DNA from: a virus | Lineage: Duplodnaviria; Heunggongvirae; Uroviricota; Caudoviricetes | IMG/VR virus record: IMGVR_UViG_2703718769_000010 | Location: 1-6,574 of that record | Length of the DNA stretch: 6,574 nt | Direction: 5' to 3' (one strand) | Part shown: positions 5,523 through 6,574 of the stretch, one piece after another | Numbering within the stretch: the stretch's first letter is position 1 | How the letters are laid out: every line of letters starts with the position of its first letter | Notes under the pieces: generated by a model | The model's input: only the letters and a program-made list of their open reading frames with translations | Told to the model about the DNA's origin: nothing | Database searches by the model: none | Translations under genes and position numbers: made by a program

Positions 5523-5710
5523 AATGTTGCCCCATATTCAGTGTTGCTGATTTGTATTATCTGAAGTTGCTTTTACGTTAATTTGATGCAGATCAATTAA
5601 TACGATACCTGCGTCATAATTGATTATTTGACGTGGTTTGATGGCGTACACGCACGTTGTGACATGTAGATGATAATTATTATTTTGTGGGTCCTTTCCG
5701 GCGATCCGAC

Positions 5711-5740
5711 AGGTTACGGGGCGGCGACCTCGCGCGTTTT
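5711..5740 (+). other. cos: Lambda-type cos site; cosN 12-nt cohesive-end sequence GGGCGGCGACCT at 5719-5730
   Basis: GCGATCCGACAGGTTACG-GGGCGGCGACCT-CGCGCGTTTTCGCTATTTATGA matches the lambda genome-end junction as I remember it (lambda begins GGGCGGCGACCTCGCGGGTTTTCGCTATTTATGAAAATTTT). The match fades about 35 nt into the cosB side. Confidence 0.85.
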
Positions 5741-5946
5741 CGCTATTTATGAGATTTTTTGAGGGGGTGGTTGTTGTTTAATTGTTTGGTATATCTAATT
5801 GATAAGTAAGGTGAAAATAAAATAAATACAACAACCTCACGATGTATTTTGATGTCATTAATGTGAAAAAATTCAATGATATCAAATGGTTTTGTAAAAA
5901 CACATGGTTGTTGTATCGCTTTTTATCGATGACTTATGGAGAGGAG

Positions 5947-6453
5947 ATGGCCTTTTTATTGAATAAAAGTGATATGGCCTCCTCCATCGGTATCTCTGTT
6001 CAGGCATTTGATAAATGGGGCGTTCCTCCTGTTGAGCGTCGGGGGAGGGAAGTTTTTTATGACGTTAAAACTGTACTGGAGATAGATCGCGAGCGGCGAC
6101 AACACAATCAGAGAACACCTGATGACGGGGGCGATCTGGAGGAAAGGCTGCTTCGGGCCAGAGCTGAACTGACAGAAGAACAGGTCGTAGCTCAAAAACT
6201 TAAAAATCAGGTAACCGAAGGTAAGCTCATCGATTCAGACTTCTGCGTTTTCGCCCTCAGCAAGCTGGCGATGGCATTGTCCAGTACGCTTGATTCTATT
6301 CCGTTATCCATGCAGCGACAGTTCCCGGATTTAACGCCACGTCATATTGACCATCTGAAAACCCTTATTGCGAAGGGCGCAAATCAGTGTGCGCGGGCAG
6401 AGGATAAATTACCGGATTTGCTGGATGAATATATCAGAGCAACAACTGAATAA
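5947..6453 (+). CDS. nu1: Terminase small subunit (lambda Nu1-like), 168 aa from the ATG at 5947
   Basis: C-terminal two-thirds aligns with lambda Nu1 (FCVFALSKLAMALSSTLDSIPLSMQRQFPDLTPRHIDHLK vs FCTFVLSRIAGEIASILDGLPLSVQRRFPELENRHVDFLK); GGAGAGGAG directly upstream of ATG 5947. Track start 5842 and the ATG at 5929 lack an RBS and would fall in cosB. Confidence 0.88.
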   Translation: MAFLLNKSDMASSIGISVQAFDKWGVPPVERRGREVFYDVKTVLEIDRERRQHNQRTPDDGGDLEERLLRARAELTEEQVVAQKLKNQVTEGKLIDSDFCVFALSKLAMALSSTLDSIPLSMQRQFPDLTPRHIDHLKTLIAKGANQCARAEDKLPDLLDEYIRATTE

Positions 6454-6574
6454 TCTGATGGTTGCCGTTTCGGTTGCGCTGCAGCCTCTGGTCAGGGGTG
6501 TACCGATGACGGCAGTTGAATGGGCTGACCAGTATTATTATCTGCCGAAAGAATCCTCATACGGGGACGGAGAA
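6425..6574 (+). CDS. A: Terminase large subunit (lambda gpA-like), N-terminal 50 codons, truncated by the window end
   Basis: MNISEQQLNNLMVAVSVALQPLVRGVPMTAVEWADQYYYLPKESSYGDGE aligns with the lambda gpA N-terminus (MNISNSQVNRLRHF...PQTAVEWADRYYYLPKESAYQ); overlaps the end of nu1 by 29 nt, as in lambda. Not in the ORF track. Confidence 0.85.
   Translation, partial: MNISEQQLNNLMVAVSVALQPLVRGVPMTAVEWADQYYYLPKESSYGDGE

Noticed and set aside
5842-5946. N-terminal extension of the terminase small subunit ORF
   Set aside because: No RBS, AT-rich, and it would occupy the cosB region; the lambda Nu1 alignment begins at the ATG at 5947, which has a strong SD.
5956-6195. Minus-strand 79-aa ORF antisense to nu1
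   Set aside because: Nested antisense ORF within a confidently identified terminase gene.
1-6574. tRNA genes, CRISPR arrays, integrase/attachment sites or IS elements
   Set aside because: No cloverleaf-compatible segments, no regularly spaced direct repeats with spacers, and no transposase- or integrase-like ORFs were seen. The only tandem repeat is the heptad array at 5344-5378, which is contiguous and not CRISPR-like.

Overview
This window reads as the late-gene/packaging junction of a lambda-like (lambdoid) enterobacterial prophage, all on the + strand. In order: the 3' end of a large lectin-like late protein; two small ORFs and an intrinsic terminator; an S21-type pinholin; a ~1.3 kb three-gene insertion of unknown function between holin and endolysin; a SAR-type GH24 endolysin; a bidirectional terminator and a 37-aa membrane ORF; Rz with embedded Rz1; a ~1.45 kb AT-rich non-coding stretch with two paralogous leftward terminator modules; a small minus-strand RHH gene ending in a (TTGTCAG)5 array; a cos site whose cosN matches lambda as I recall it; and the terminase small subunit plus the start of the large subunit. 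The strongest candidate for something undescribed is the holin-endolysin insertion (1615-2866), followed by the RHH/heptad pair and the candidate small RNAs. All family assignments come from reading the translations and from remembered lambda/phage 21 sequences; no database search was run.
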